From an uncultured delta proteobacterium (GTDB lineage: Bacteria > Desulfobacterota > Desulfobacteria > Desulfobacterales > JAHEIW01), in assembly GCA_963706575.1 (NCBI GenBank), contig CAVPNL010000001.1:384001-448000 (forward strand): a DNA stretch of 64,000 nucleotides. The letters are read 5' to 3'. The notes beneath the pieces are model-generated. The model saw only the letters and a list, made by a program, of their open reading frames with translations. It was not told the origin of the DNA and made no database searches. This document shows positions 26,230 to 37,379 of this stretch, one piece after another. How positions within the stretch are numbered: the stretch's first letter is position 1; each line of letters starts with the position of its first letter. A program made the position numbers and the translations under genes.

Positions 26230-26254
26230 AGGTTCAGTCTTTCATTCGCCTTCA

Positions 26255-27475
26255 TTAAACTTGTAAAATAATGGATTCTCCCTGGCCAAGTCCACCACAA
26301 ATGGCGGCTGCACCGCTGCCGCCTCCCCGGCGCATCAATTCATACATCAATGTCATGGTGATACGCGCTCCACTGGCCCCAACCGGGTGCCCAATGGCAA
26401 TGGCGCCGCCGTTGACATTGGTGATCTCCTGAAGGGCGTTGTATTTATAGGCATCCATTTCGGCCAAGGCCTTTAACGAAACCAGGGTAACGGCCGCAAA
26501 CGCCTCGTTGATTTCGATGAGATCCAGGTCGTCGATAGTTTTTTGGGTGTTGGAAAGCGCCTTATTAATGGCCTTGGCGGGCAGGGTGGCCATATAGTTG
26601 GGTTCCGCCGCATCCCAGGCCATGGTTTCAATGGCGGCCAGGGGTTGAAGACCCAGTTTGTCGGCCTTCTTGCGGCTCATGATCACAATCGCCGAACCAC
26701 CGGCGTTCATCCCCGGCGCATTTCCGGCAGTCACGGTTGGGCTGCCGTATATGGTCCTGAGTTTTGCCAGTTTTTCCAAAGAGGTCTTGCGCGGCGGTTC
26801 GTCTCGGTCGAAGACAATGGGATCACCCTTGCGCTGGGGGATCTCAAGTGCCATGATTTCTTGGCCGACTTTATATTTTCCTTCTTCATAGGCTGCTGCC
26901 CAGCGTTCTTGGCTTCTCAGGCCCCAATTGTCTTGCTCCGCCCTGTCAATTTCGAATTCCAAAGCGACTTCACCGGCATCCAGCGCCACCGGATTGAAGC
27001 CTTTTTTGCCGTACCCCAGCTCAAACAGGATATCGACCATCTGGATATGGCCCAACCGGTTACCCCAGCGGCCGCTTTTGGCTTCCACCAGGTGACAGGC
27101 GTTGCCCATATTTTCTGCCCCGCAGGCAATTGCCACATCTGCTTCCCCGGAACGGATGGCACGAAACCCTAATCGCAGTGCCGTCATGGACGAACAGCAC
27201 GCCCGATCGAGGGTCAGGGAGATGCTGTCGGACGGAAATCCCGCCAGCAGGGTGATTTGCCTGGCCGGGACATTCAAATAGGGGGCATATTCGGCGGGAA
27301 TACAGGTTCCGTAATAAAGCTCATCCACCTCCGCAGGATCGAGTTGAATCCGATTGAGCGCTTCCTTAACCACCATGACACCCAGATCGATGCTGGGAAC
27401 ATCCTTGAGAACCCCGTCAAAGCGACCGAAAGGGGTTCTGACCGCACTGACAATGACCGCATCGGTACTATCCAT
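26255..27475 (-). CDS. Thiolase (acetyl-CoA C-acyltransferase)
   Basis: Likely start MDSTDAVIVSAVRTPFG; DRACCSS, VTAGNA, EINEAFA, GHPVGASG, CGGLGQG. Confidence 0.93.
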   Translation of the reverse strand: MDSTDAVIVSAVRTPFGRFDGVLKDVPSIDLGVMVVKEALNRIQLDPAEVDELYYGTCIPAEYAPYLNVPARQITLLAGFPSDSISLTLDRACCSSMTALRLGFRAIRSGEADVAIACGAENMGNACHLVEAKSGRWGNRLGHIQMVDILFELGYGKKGFNPVALDAGEVALEFEIDRAEQDNWGLRSQERWAAAYEEGKYKVGQEIMALEIPQRKGDPIVFDRDEPPRKTSLEKLAKLRTIYGSPTVTAGNAPGMNAGGSAIVIMSRKKADKLGLQPLAAIETMAWDAAEPNYMATLPAKAINKALSNTQKTIDDLDLIEINEAFAAVTLVSLKALAEMDAYKYNALQEITNVNGGAIAIGHPVGASGARITMTLMYELMRRGGGSGAAAICGGLGQGESIILQV

Positions 27476-27506
27476 AATGTTTTCCTTGTTTTTACGCGTT
27501 AACGGT

Positions 27507-29058
27507 TTAAACCGGCATGATGCCGTGCTTGCGGGGCGATTGCGATGCACTGCTTTTTATCAAGCATCTTAAGGGCCTGGATCGTTTTTATTCGGGTCTC
27601 GGCCGGATCGATGATGTCGTCAATCACCCGTAAACCTGCTGCCAGGTAAGGCGTTGCGTAATTTTTTTCATATTCTGCAATAAATTTTTGACGGGCAGCT
27701 GCAGGATCCGACGCGCTGGCAATTTCTTTGGCCCAGATGACCTCAGCAGCGCCTTCCGGGCCCATGGAAGCGCATTCCGCCGTGGGCCAGGCGTAGACCA
27801 GGTCGATCCCCAGTTCCTTGGGGCCCATAGCCGACCAACCGCCACCGTACGCCTTGCGCAGGATGATCGTGATCATGGGCACCGTGGCTTCAGAATAGGC
27901 GTAGAGCATTTTTGCGCCGTGGCGGATGATTCCTCCGTACTCCTGGTCAATGCCCGGCAGAAAGGCAGTCGTGTCCATTAAGGTGACGATGGGGATGTTA
28001 AATGCATCCAGGATCTGAATAAATCGGGCACCCTTATCGGATGCATTGATATCGATGCTGCCACCTAAAAATTTGGACTGGTTGGCAATAATGCCGATAC
28101 TGCGACCATCCATTCTGGCAAGGCCGATCACCAGATTGGGCGCATATTCCGGTTTGATTTCTAAAAACTGTCCATCATCTACAATTTCCTGAATGACCCG
28201 ACGCACATCATAGACTTTTTTCTTTTCAGCCGGCACGATTTCCAGCAGCCCCGGGCATCGTCTCCCAGGGTCATCTGTGGTGGCGATCCTGGGCGGTTTC
28301 TCAAAGCAATTGGGCGGAAAATAGGACAATAGCGCTTTGATCGTTTCCAGACAATCATCGTCATTTTCGGTTTCAAGGTCGGCCACGCCGCTCTTTCTGC
28401 AGTGAATCTGTGAGCCGCCCAACTCATCGGGGCTGGTTTCCGCTCCGGTGACCGCCTTGATCGCTGCCGGTCCGGTAATGAACATGAAGCTGGTCTTTTT
28501 GGTCATCAGGATAAAGTCCATTAGCGCCGGTGAGTAAACAGACCCCCCCGCCGAAGGTCCCATAATGGCCGCAATTTGGGGGATGACGCCGGAACACCTC
28601 GCGTTTTGGTAAAATAGCCGGGCAAAGGTAATATTTTCAGATCCCTCCTGAAGTCGTGCACCGGCCGAATCATAAAGGCCGATCAAGGGAACCTTTTGTT
28701 CATACGCCATGGCAGCCAGATCCGCCATTTTCTTCTGGTGCACCGGGCCGGCAGAACCGCCCATCACCGTAAAATCCTGGGAATATATAAAAACGGTCTG
28801 GCCTTGAATCTCCCCGTAGCCGGTAACCACCCCATCTGCCGGAAGCATCTTTTTATCCATGCCCAGACGATTGCAGCGATGGTATGCAAAAAGTCCCAAT
28901 TCAACGAATGTGTCCGGATCCAGCAGTTTTTGAATCCGCTCTCGGGCAGTCAGCTTTCCTTTTTTATGCTGGGCTTCAATTTTGGCCGAACCGCCCCCTA
29001 GTTCCAATTCGGCGCGTCGCTCTTTCAGTTCTTGGATTTTATCTTTCATCAAGCTCAT
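27507..29058 (-). CDS. Acyl-CoA carboxylase/decarboxylase carboxyltransferase subunit (PccB/MmdA-like); 1-nt frameshift at ~27549
   Basis: GKLTARERI, QDFTVMGGS, DSAGARLQEG, GPSAGG, IIRHGAK, RKAYGG; the conserved C-terminus (ASQSPRKHGIMPV*) lies in the +1 frame, ending at 27507. Confidence 0.9.
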
Positions 29059-29101
29059 CACTTTGCCTTTCGAATTGATGCGTGAATCCATCCGGTTTGA
29101 C

Positions 29102-30319
29102 TCAGATTACCCCTTCATCTTTCAATCGCTGAATATCTTCCTTGCCATAATCCAAAAAATTCCGAAGGATATCCTCTGTATGCTCTCCCAGCAGCGGTGC
29201 TGCCTTGCGGATATCACCGGGGGTTTTAGACATTTTTACCGGTGGGCCAGCAATCTGAAGCAGGCCTGCAATAGGATGCTGGACTTCGACCAGCATTTCT
29301 CTGGCCTTAACCTGAGGACATTTGAAGATATCATCCACCGTTTGCACCGGTGCGACCGGCACATCATGTTTGATCAACAATTCAACCAGCGCATCCCGAT
29401 TGTTGGATTTGACCCAGGTCTCGATGATGGGTCTGAGATAATGGTAATTTTCAGCGCGTCCCGACATGGATTGGAGTTCGGGTTTTTCGAGCAGATGATC
29501 CTGTTTCATGGTATGGCAGAAGTTTTGCCAATGTTTTTCCCAGTGGCCGGCAATAACGATATATTTTCCATCCTTTGTTTCGAAACAATCATAAGGCGCA
29601 TAAAGGGGATGTGCATTTCCTTCCCGGCCTGAAATGATACCGGATATGGAGTACATCATGATCGCGCGTTCGATCATATAAAGCATGGTATCATACATGG
29701 CGCAATCCACATGTTGTCCCTTACCGGTTTTGTTGGCATCGTGTAAAGCCACCATTGTCGCAAATGCGGCAATGGTGGACGTCCAGATATCGCCAATCCC
29801 CGGGCCGACCTTATAGGGCATCCCGCCTTTGGGGCCGGTCATGGCCATTACTCCGCCCATGGCCTGGGCGATTAGATCAAAGGCGGGTCGTTCTCGATAG
29901 GGGCCGGTATGGCCAAATCCCGAAATGCTGGTATAGACAATTCTGGGGTTTATGGCGCTTAACGTTTCGTAGTCCAACCCCAGACGATCCATTACAGCGG
30001 GTCGGAAATTTTCGACAACAATATGGGCGGATTTCACCAATTCTTTTACAATGGCAACACCTTTTGGGTGTTTGAGATTGAGCGTCATGCTTTTTTTGTT
30101 ACGGCTGATGGATAGAAAGAATCCTCCCGCGCGGTGGTCATTGTCTTGCTGGGAAAAGGGTCCGATACTTCGCGTATTATCTCCGGTGCCCGGCTGTTCG
30201 ATTTTAATAACTTCGGCGCCATAATCACCCAGCATCATGGTGGCATATGGGCCGGCCAGCATCAGTGTGAAATCAAGCACCCGGATATCTTTGAGCGCCT
30301 GCTGAGAAGGTGGATTCAT
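29102..30319 (-). CDS. Family III CoA-transferase (CaiB/BaiF)
   Basis: RVLDFTLMLAGP, GAEVIKIE, RNKKS, ENFRP, SISGFG, catalytic Asp in GIGDI, APLLGEHT. Confidence 0.93.
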   Translation of the reverse strand: MNPPSQQALKDIRVLDFTLMLAGPYATMMLGDYGAEVIKIEQPGTGDNTRSIGPFSQQDNDHRAGGFFLSISRNKKSMTLNLKHPKGVAIVKELVKSAHIVVENFRPAVMDRLGLDYETLSAINPRIVYTSISGFGHTGPYRERPAFDLIAQAMGGVMAMTGPKGGMPYKVGPGIGDIWTSTIAAFATMVALHDANKTGKGQHVDCAMYDTMLYMIERAIMMYSISGIISGREGNAHPLYAPYDCFETKDGKYIVIAGHWEKHWQNFCHTMKQDHLLEKPELQSMSGRAENYHYLRPIIETWVKSNNRDALVELLIKHDVPVAPVQTVDDIFKCPQVKAREMLVEVQHPIAGLLQIAGPPVKMSKTPGDIRKAAPLLGEHTEDILRNFLDYGKEDIQRLKDEGVI

Positions 30320-30406
30320 TTCCAGCTCATCATCGTTGTTCGGATCACCCGTTTGAGATGGGCTTCTGGTTTAGGAAGAGCGCAATTTTATTGCCATTAA
30401 AAATTT

Positions 30407-30458
30407 AATTAAATTTTGAATTATTTTTGGATTATATTCGGCGGTCTGAGGATGTCAA
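30407..30458 (-). promoter_or_regulatory. sigma70 promoter plus 16-bp operator for the CoA-transferase/beta-oxidation operon
   Basis: Minus-strand TTGACA (30458-30453)-N16-TATAAT (30436-30431); operator AATTAAATTTTGAATT at 30407-30422. Confidence 0.7.
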
Positions 30459-30572
30459 GAAAAATTTTTTCTTAGACGCATGGCGACCAGCTTTTATATA
30501 AATCTTATCATTTATATTGTAAACAAGGAATGTTACCGGTGAAATGGCGTTAAGAACAGATTGAACTTTTGC

Positions 30573-30615
30573 TTGACAGGAATTAATTATTGAATTAAAG
30601 AAAAAATTAAATTTT
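30573..30615 (+). promoter_or_regulatory. Promoter/operator upstream of trpB2
   Basis: TTGACA 30573-30578 followed by AATTAATTATTGAATT (30581-30596) and AATTAAATTTT. Confidence 0.65.
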
Positions 30616-31026
30616 ATTCATTTTTTGAAGCTCAGGCAATTAGGGATACAACTTGAGGTAACCGAATTAAATTCAACGTCTACAAATCAAACAGCACCGC
30701 TTTACAAAAGAGACAGAGTAGGATAATAAACGCATTTGATTGTATTCCCGAAATTTCTACAAACTAATATTTCGCTAAGCGATTGATAAAATTTATAATT
30801 AATTTTTTAAGCGGATAGACTTCTTGCGCTTTCGCCGGGTCGGACGGATAGCAAATCTAAGCACCTAAAAGGCTTTACCGGTTTTATAAATTAATAATTT
30901 GGGGGGAAATCCATGAAAGGAGGTGTGAGAATCTAAAAGGATTTATTTTCAGTCATATTGCTAAAACGAAGGGCATGGGTTGTTGATGTCTAAATAGTGC
31001 ATAAAATAAATTTAAGGAGGGTTCTT

Positions 31027-32409
31027 ATGAAAACTAAAAAGATTTTTTTGCCTGAGTCTGAGTTGCCGCGGTACTGGTATAATATTTTGCCCGACATGCC
31101 GACACCGATGGAGCCACCTCTTCATCCGGGGACCGGCCAACCGGTGGGGCCAGATGATCTGGAACCGCTTATCCCCATGGCAATAATCGAACAAGAAGTG
31201 AGTCAAGAACGCGAGATCCCTATCCCGGAAGAGGTCCTTGAAAAATATGCCATCTGGCGACCCTCACCCCTTTATCGCGCCTTTGCCCTTGAGGAAGCGC
31301 TTGGCACGCCTGCCAAGATCTATTTCAAGAACGAGGGGGTTAGTCCTGCTGGAAGCCATAAGCCCAACACAGCGGTTGCCCAGGCGTATTACAATAAAGT
31401 AGCCGGAACCAAGCAAATATATACGGAGACCGGAGCCGGCCAATGGGGAAGTGCGCTCTCTTTTGCCTGCGCCCTCTTTGGGTTGCCCGTTCAAGTCTTC
31501 ATGGTCAAAGTCAGTTTTTTTCAGAAACCCATGCGGCGGGTGATGATGGAGACCTGGGGGGGCAAATGCGTACCCAGTCCCTCCACCGAAACCCAGGTGG
31601 GCCGAAATATCCTTGAAAAAGACCCGGATAACCTGGGCAGTCTGGGTATCGCCATCAGTGAAGGCGTGGAAAAAGTCGTACAAGACCCGGACGCCAAATA
31701 CTGTCTGGGAAGTGCCTTAAATCATGTGCTTCTGCATCAGACCATAAATGGTCTTGAATGCCAAAAACAGATGAAAATTGCCGGAGACTATCCGGATGTG
31801 ATTATCGGGTGCTCAGGCGGTGGAAGTAATTTTGGCGGCATCATGCTTCCGTTTGCCAGAGATAAGATCAATGGCAAAGATATTGATATTATCGGCGTCG
31901 AACCCACCTCCTGTCCGACCATGACCCGGGGACCGTTTGCCTACGACTTTGCCGACACTGCTGGAACCACACCGCTTTTCCCCATGCATACCGTGGGTCA
32001 TGAGTTCATGCCGCCGGCCATCCATGCCGGAGGCTTGAGATATCATGGTAATGCCCCGATTAACAGCCAACTCCTTTTGGACGGCATCATCAGGGCCGAG
32101 GCCATCTCCCAGCTCGAAACCTTTGAAGCCGGTGTTATGTTTGCCAGGTGCGAAGGATTCATCACAGCCCCGGAGACCAACCATGCCTTAGCCCAGGCCA
32201 TCCGCGAAGCCAAGAAGGCCAAGGAAGAAGGCAAAGAAAAGGTTATTCTCTTTAACTGGAGCGGACACGGGCTGATCGACATGAACGCTTATGAGGCTTA
32301 TCTTGCCGGCGATCTTGAAGATTACGCACTTTCAGAAGAAGAGCTAACCCGAGCACTGGCACAGCTTGACGATCTGCCGAAACCCAAGCAATACGTTCCT
32401 GTGAAATAA
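31027..32409 (+). CDS. trpB2: TrpB2 (type 2 tryptophan synthase beta chain-like PLP enzyme)
   Basis: [47 protein letters not shown] (PLP lysine), [30 protein letters not shown]; no trpA nearby. Confidence 0.93.
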   Translation: MKTKKIFLPESELPRYWYNILPDMPTPMEPPLHPGTGQPVGPDDLEPLIPMAIIEQEVSQEREIPIPEEVLEKYAIWRPSPLYRAFALEEALGTPAKIYFKNEGVSPAGSHKPNTAVAQAYYNKVAGTKQIYTETGAGQWGSALSFACALFGLPVQVFMVKVSFFQKPMRRVMMETWGGKCVPSPSTETQVGRNILEKDPDNLGSLGIAISEGVEKVVQDPDAKYCLGSALNHVLLHQTINGLECQKQMKIAGDYPDVIIGCSGGGSNFGGIMLPFARDKINGKDIDIIGVEPTSCPTMTRGPFAYDFADTAGTTPLFPMHTVGHEFMPPAIHAGGLRYHGNAPINSQLLLDGIIRAEAISQLETFEAGVMFARCEGFITAPETNHALAQAIREAKKAKEEGKEKVILFNWSGHGLIDMNAYEAYLAGDLEDYALSEEELTRALAQLDDLPKPKQYVPVK

Positions 32410-32427
32410 AGTCAATGTGCTGATCTG

Positions 32428-32456
32428 ATACCGGGGGCTTTTTTAGCCCCCGGTAT
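32428..32456 (+). terminator. Hairpin after trpB2 (putative terminator or processing site)
   Basis: ATACCGGGGGCT-TTTTT-AGCCCCCGGTAT, perfect 12-bp stem; no clear U tract. Confidence 0.55.
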
Positions 32457-32478
32457 TCGGTAATGAATAAGGTACGAG

Positions 32479-32760
32479 ATGAGCAAGCCATCAAAACCGC
32501 CGGATGACGATTTTGAGATTCGGTGCCCCAAGCTCGGGCACCAAATTTATTTTTCCTATTGCGCCAAAGAGAACCAGGGGGTTCCCTGTTACCGGACCCT
32601 TGATTGCTGGTTTGGGCATTTTGAGGTTGAAGCATTCCTTAAAAAAACGCTGACACCTGCCGAATGGAAAGCGGCGTTCACCAATCCTCCCAAACCCAAG
32701 ATTGCCTCATTGCTTGAAATGATCGAACAGGCAAAAAATAGGCAGACGAAAGAATCTTAA
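32479..32760 (+). CDS. Hypothetical small Cys-containing protein
   Basis: RCPKLGHQIYFSYC...PCYRTLDCW, four Cys plus His; AAGG RBS upstream. Confidence 0.6.
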   Translation: MSKPSKPPDDDFEIRCPKLGHQIYFSYCAKENQGVPCYRTLDCWFGHFEVEAFLKKTLTPAEWKAAFTNPPKPKIASLLEMIEQAKNRQTKES

Positions 32761-32810
32761 AGGGAAAGGGAATCTGCGGTGCCCATCAAACCTACCGCAA
32801 CATTCAATCG

Positions 32811-33518
32811 ATGTATTTTTGCCATTCACCAGAAATAAAAAAACAATTTCCCCGGATTGTATCGGGCGCCATGTTTATTGATACGATTCACCCGGGTGTT
32901 GATGCCGAACCTTATCTTAAACCCTGGTACCAGAATGCCCGCAGCCGTCTAGAGACACAAACCGAATCGCAGATGCCTGAGATCAGTGCCTGGCGCAAGG
33001 CATACAGCCAGATGGGCTTAAAGCCCACCAAATATCGTTCTGCGGCCGAAGCACTGTTAAGACGGTTTCGGCGTGAAGACGATTTGCCCCGCCTGCACCC
33101 CCTGGTGGATTACTGCAATGCGCTTTCCCTGGCCTTTGCGATTCCGGTAGCGGCTTTTGATCTGGACCGGGTCGCAGAATACATCGAAGTCCGACACGCC
33201 AAAGGAACAGAGCAGCATCTGGCGTTTGGTGGTAAAATGGAACACCCATCACCGGACGAAGTCATTTTATGCGATGCTCTGGATCATGCGCACGGCAGGC
33301 GCTGGACATTTCGACAAAGCTGGCAGTCCATCGTCACACCCGAAACAAAAAAAGTGTTGGTTCTCAGCGAAGCCATGCATGAATCCGCCGATGTCGATGT
33401 GCCCGTGTTGATGGACCAACTGGCTGAAGGTATTAGCGCCCTGTGGTCGCCCCCCAAACAGCGTGGCATGATCACCGCTGCATCCGACCGGCTCGAAGTT
33501 TTAGCAACGCCATCCTAA
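32811..33518 (+). CDS. B3/B4 domain protein (PheRS-editing-domain-like)
   Basis: ISAWRKAYSQMGLKPTKYRSAAEALLRR...LPRLHPLVDYCNALSL...AFDLD...RRWTFRQS. Confidence 0.85.
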   Translation: MYFCHSPEIKKQFPRIVSGAMFIDTIHPGVDAEPYLKPWYQNARSRLETQTESQMPEISAWRKAYSQMGLKPTKYRSAAEALLRRFRREDDLPRLHPLVDYCNALSLAFAIPVAAFDLDRVAEYIEVRHAKGTEQHLAFGGKMEHPSPDEVILCDALDHAHGRRWTFRQSWQSIVTPETKKVLVLSEAMHESADVDVPVLMDQLAEGISALWSPPKQRGMITAASDRLEVLATPS

Positions 33519-33692
33519 GCCTTATTTTTGATTTTCATCCAAATCGAAAAAATGCTGCTGTAAATCGTCGCAGTGCAGAAAAAATCGATACCGATCGATT
33601 TTTTTGAATAGGCGGATTGTTTCAGAAGGGCCAATGAAAACATGAAAATGATGCGGGGGACAGCATGAAACCGTCCCCCGTCAAATGGATCG

Positions 33693-34280
33693 TTATTGTA
33701 CCGCGGCAAATCCGAGATCAAAGGCCTTTAGATTCGACTCCAGGAAGGCCTTTTTGGTTGAAGTCGAAATGGTCTCTTTCATATCTGCTGCACTGATGGG
33801 AATCGTTTCTGAGCCGATCAGCGCTCCCAGCATGACCATGTTCAAGGACAACGGATTGCCGGCTTTTTCAGCCAGGGCGGATCCGTCAAAAGCGATGACC
33901 TTATCGATTTTGGATTTGATCAATGACATAATTTCTTCCAAAGGTGGATAAACACCCTGTCCCAGAGCCGCGGTGAACGGTTGCATCGATCTTGTGTTGG
34001 TGATCACAACGGTTTTGCGGTTGCATTTACTCAGACCCCGCAGGGTTTCAAGGGGTTCGAAACTCAGGAATACATCGCTTTCGCCGGGAGAAATTATGGG
34101 GCTGCTGATGTCGCCCAATAAAACAGCTGATTCCACAATTCCTCCGCGTTGCGCCATGCCGTGTATCTCACTGGCAACCACGGGCATGCCCAGCGTAAGG
34201 GCGGCCTCGCCCAGAAGATTTGTGGCCAAAAGATTTCCCTGGCCGCCGACACCGATAACGACTATTTTTTTAGGTTCCAT
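33693..34280 (-). CDS. iorB: Indolepyruvate:ferredoxin oxidoreductase beta subunit
   Basis: GVGGQGNLL, SEIHGMAQRGG, FEPLETLR, NMVMLGAL. Confidence 0.92.
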   Translation of the reverse strand: MEPKKIVVIGVGGQGNLLATNLLGEAALTLGMPVVASEIHGMAQRGGIVESAVLLGDISSPIISPGESDVFLSFEPLETLRGLSKCNRKTVVITNTRSMQPFTAALGQGVYPPLEEIMSLIKSKIDKVIAFDGSALAEKAGNPLSLNMVMLGALIGSETIPISAADMKETISTSTKKAFLESNLKAFDLGFAAVQ

Positions 34281-34295
34281 AAAAGCCTCCCGCTA

Positions 34296-36152
34296 TTATT
34301 CTTTTATTGGCAAAATTGCATTTTCAGGACAGATTTGCGCGCATACCGTGCACCCGGTGCAAAGATGTTTATGGATTCCCACTTTTTCATCTTCCACATA
34401 CATGGCCGGGCAGGCCAGTTTGTTTAAGCAAATCTTGTGGTTCTGGCATTTCTCCTGATTGATATAAAAGGGCTTTGAGCGTTTCAGCTGGCTCGTGGCC
34501 CTGGCAAACAGGGGACACATCTCCTCAGAAATGATGACCGATATGCCGTCATATTCAGCCGACGCTTTAATTTTTTCTATGGCACTTTTAACCCTGAAAG
34601 GCCGGATCAGATGCACATCTTCAACGCCACACCCTCTGACGATCTGCTCGATGGAAACGCGTGTGCGCGGGACGCCCAGGCCCAGGGGCTCGGTGTCCAC
34701 GCCGGGGTGGATCTGGTATCCGGTCATCGCCGTCGTACCGTTGTCCAGGATGACCAGAGTGAATTTGTGATTGTTGTGGACGCCATTGATCAGGCCGGTG
34801 ATGCCGGAATGAAAAAAAGTGGAATCGCCGATGAAACCGACCACTTTTTGATCGGTGGCCTGGGAAAAGCCGCAGGAAGAAGTCGCTGAAGATCCCATGC
34901 AAATAATGAAATCGGCCATGTTAAAAGGCGGCATAATCCCTAAAGTATAACATCCGATATCGGTGGGATAGACTGTATCCGATCCATAGACCTCTTTGAC
35001 CGCGTAATAAGTGGCCCGGTGGGGGCAGCCCGCACACAGGTTCGGAGGGCGCCCGGGCAAAGCCGGCACATCAGAGAGTTCCGGAATTTCAGGCAGGCTG
35101 CAATCCACACCGAAATATTCGGCAATGGCCTGTCGAACCATACCCGGATTATATTCTAGGAGGCGCGATAAAGAACCCACCCCTTTGCCGTTTATTGCAA
35201 TGGTCATATCGTTTCGGTGGGCCAATGCCTGCAGTTCTCTTTCGTTCAGGGGCTCAAGCTCTTCGACGACGAGTACTTTTTCTACCTGGTTCATAAACTC
35301 CAGACACAGCTTCTCGGGTAACGGCCAGGAGAATCCCAGCTTTAAAATACTTACCTGATCGGAAATGCCCAGATCCGATACGGCATCCATCACATAATTG
35401 AAGCTCACGCCGTTGGCAACAATTCCCCATTTCCCCTTGCCGATGATTTCGTTGTACGTCCAGGTTTCGGCGATTTCCTGTGCCTGTTGATATTTTTGCA
35501 AAAGGTGCTGATGAAGCACCCGGGAGTGAGCCGGCATGGTGACCCACTGGGCAGGGTTCTTTTCGAATCGGCCCTTTGTTTTGAACGGCTTTAATTCACC
35601 TAGCTCGACTTTGCCCCGAATGTGGTTCAGGCGTGTGGTGGTTCGTAAAAGCACCGGTAGCTTGAGCGTTTCGGATAGGTCGAAGGCCAGGGTGGCGACA
35701 TCTTTCATTTCTTGCGCATTGGTGGGTTCCAATAAAGGAATACCGGCGAGACGGGCATACTGCCGGTTGTCCTGTTCATTTTGACTCGAGAAAAGATAAG
35801 GGTCGTCAGCGTTAACGATGACCATGCCCCCCTCTACGCCCACATATGCCAGGGACATCAAGGGGTCGGCGGCCACATTGAGCCCGACCTGTTTCATGGT
35901 GACCATCGTTCTGAGACCACTGGCAGCCGCAGCTGAACCCACTTCCATCGCGACTTTCTCATTGGTTGAGTACTCGAAGTAAAGGTCCGTCTCCTGACTG
36001 ATGTCAAAAAATTGGGCGGGGATTTCAGACGAGGGGGTTCCCGGGTAGCAGGTGGCAAACGACATTCCGGCCTCAAGGGCTCCCCGGGCAATGGCTTCAT
36101 TGCCCAGAAGGAACATGGCTTTACCCGGCGAATCGGTTAATAGCTTGTGCAT
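34296..36152 (-). CDS. iorA: Indolepyruvate:ferredoxin oxidoreductase alpha subunit
   Basis: LLGNEAIARG, YPGTPSSEI, NEKVAME, SSQNEQDNR, RPPNLCAGCPHR, DIGCYTLG, IGDSTFFHSG, LDNGTTAMTG, C-terminal 4Fe-4S motifs. Confidence 0.94.
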   Translation of the reverse strand: MHKLLTDSPGKAMFLLGNEAIARGALEAGMSFATCYPGTPSSEIPAQFFDISQETDLYFEYSTNEKVAMEVGSAAAASGLRTMVTMKQVGLNVAADPLMSLAYVGVEGGMVIVNADDPYLFSSQNEQDNRQYARLAGIPLLEPTNAQEMKDVATLAFDLSETLKLPVLLRTTTRLNHIRGKVELGELKPFKTKGRFEKNPAQWVTMPAHSRVLHQHLLQKYQQAQEIAETWTYNEIIGKGKWGIVANGVSFNYVMDAVSDLGISDQVSILKLGFSWPLPEKLCLEFMNQVEKVLVVEELEPLNERELQALAHRNDMTIAINGKGVGSLSRLLEYNPGMVRQAIAEYFGVDCSLPEIPELSDVPALPGRPPNLCAGCPHRATYYAVKEVYGSDTVYPTDIGCYTLGIMPPFNMADFIICMGSSATSSCGFSQATDQKVVGFIGDSTFFHSGITGLINGVHNNHKFTLVILDNGTTAMTGYQIHPGVDTEPLGLGVPRTRVSIEQIVRGCGVEDVHLIRPFRVKSAIEKIKASAEYDGISVIISEEMCPLFARATSQLKRSKPFYINQEKCQNHKICLNKLACPAMYVEDEKVGIHKHLCTGCTVCAQICPENAILPIKE

Positions 36153-36240
36153 GATTACCTCCAATGGTTTCAAATTCAGAATTTATTATTTTTCAAAATT
36201 TTTTGGATTTAATTGTCGTCAGAAACCGAATTCTAAAAAT

Positions 36241-36960
36241 TTATTTATGGGGCAGATAAGGATCTCGATTTTTCATAAAGTCTTTGTAAATTTTATAATG
36301 TTCTGTTTCTTCGTAGCGAATCCGTTTAACGGGCATTTGGTCAAAACTATAGATATCCGCACCGGGACACGCCAATAAAATCGGAGAATGGGTCGCAATA
36401 ATAAATTGGGCATGACCGGCTATGCTCATATCACATAATATGGTCAACAGCTCCAACTGACTTTTCGGAGACAGCGCGGTTTCGGGTTCGTCAAGAAAAT
36501 AGAGGCCCTTGATTTTATAGCGACCCCTGAAAAGCGACATCAGCGATTGACCGTGGGACTGGGTGATTAAAGATTCTCCGCCAAAATATTTAAATATTTC
36601 CGGATTTACGGTGGCGCCTTCATCCAGGTATTTGGCAAAATCCTTGAACGTCGCAGAGGAGAAAAATGATCCCGGCACGCTGCCATCCGTCCACTTTACC
36701 GCCATAAAAAGGTACAGGACTTTTTCATAGGGATTGGGCTTATAACGGGTGCCGCCAAGACCTTGCCAAATTGGAATGTTGCACTTTTTACATATGGCGG
36801 TGAGCAGCGTAGATTTTCCGGTTCCATTTTCGCCTACGAAAAAGGTCACCGGTTTACGAAAGGCGATGCTGGCGGTGGTTTGAAAAATAGCCTGATTGAA
36901 CGGGTAGTGGTCTTTGGTTGGATATTTTTCTGGAAAAAGGGTGATCTCCTCGAGATGCAT
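36241..36960 (-). CDS. Stand-alone ABC/AAA-type ATPase
   Basis: Walker A GENGTGKST, QSHGQS signature, LYFLDEPETALSP, IIATHSPILL. Confidence 0.85.
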   Translation of the reverse strand: MHLEEITLFPEKYPTKDHYPFNQAIFQTTASIAFRKPVTFFVGENGTGKSTLLTAICKKCNIPIWQGLGGTRYKPNPYEKVLYLFMAVKWTDGSVPGSFFSSATFKDFAKYLDEGATVNPEIFKYFGGESLITQSHGQSLMSLFRGRYKIKGLYFLDEPETALSPKSQLELLTILCDMSIAGHAQFIIATHSPILLACPGADIYSFDQMPVKRIRYEETEHYKIYKDFMKNRDPYLPHK

Positions 36961-36990
36961 TGAATCGTCTCTCCAATCGGATACTGAATT

Positions 36991-37046
36991 AATTAATTTT
37001 TGAATTATTTTTTATGGGTTATATGGATAAGATGGCTTCAGGTCAA
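36991..37046 (-). promoter_or_regulatory. Promoter/operator for the ATPase-iorAB unit
   Basis: Minus-strand TTGACC (37046-37041)-N17-TATAAC; operator AATTAATTTTTGAATT at 36991-37006. Confidence 0.65.
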
Positions 37047-37193
37047 GGAAAAATTTAATCTGGCCTGAAAATTATCATCGAGGTTTATTTAAAAACCAAC
37101 TTATAATCAAATATTTGAAATTATTATGGTAAATTTAGTTTTCGGTTTCCTGATTTTTTTTAACTTTACCCCTGTTGAATCTATGATAATATA

Positions 37194-37238
37194 TTGACTC
37201 TTTTATCAAATTAAATTAAATAAAAAATTAAATTAAAT
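37194..37238 (+). promoter_or_regulatory. Promoter with degenerate operator upstream of serC
   Basis: TTGACT 37194-37199, then TTTATCAAATTAAATT at the same offset as the other rightward sites, then AATTAAATT. Confidence 0.5.
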
Positions 37239-37379
37239 AGAATCAGATTCGCATAGTAGACAGAATCTGCCGTCTTGTATTCAAACGGCGTTTTTGTTTA
37301 AATCAAGAGCACATTCATCTATCGAGAAAGACCAAATTAGCCCAAAATCGATCGTTGAAAATTAAGGGAGGAATAGAAG

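Noticed and set aside
30913..30936. Mini-ORF MKGGVRI in the long trpB2 leader as an attenuator peptide
   Set aside because: It contains no Trp codons, and I saw no terminator/antiterminator pair.
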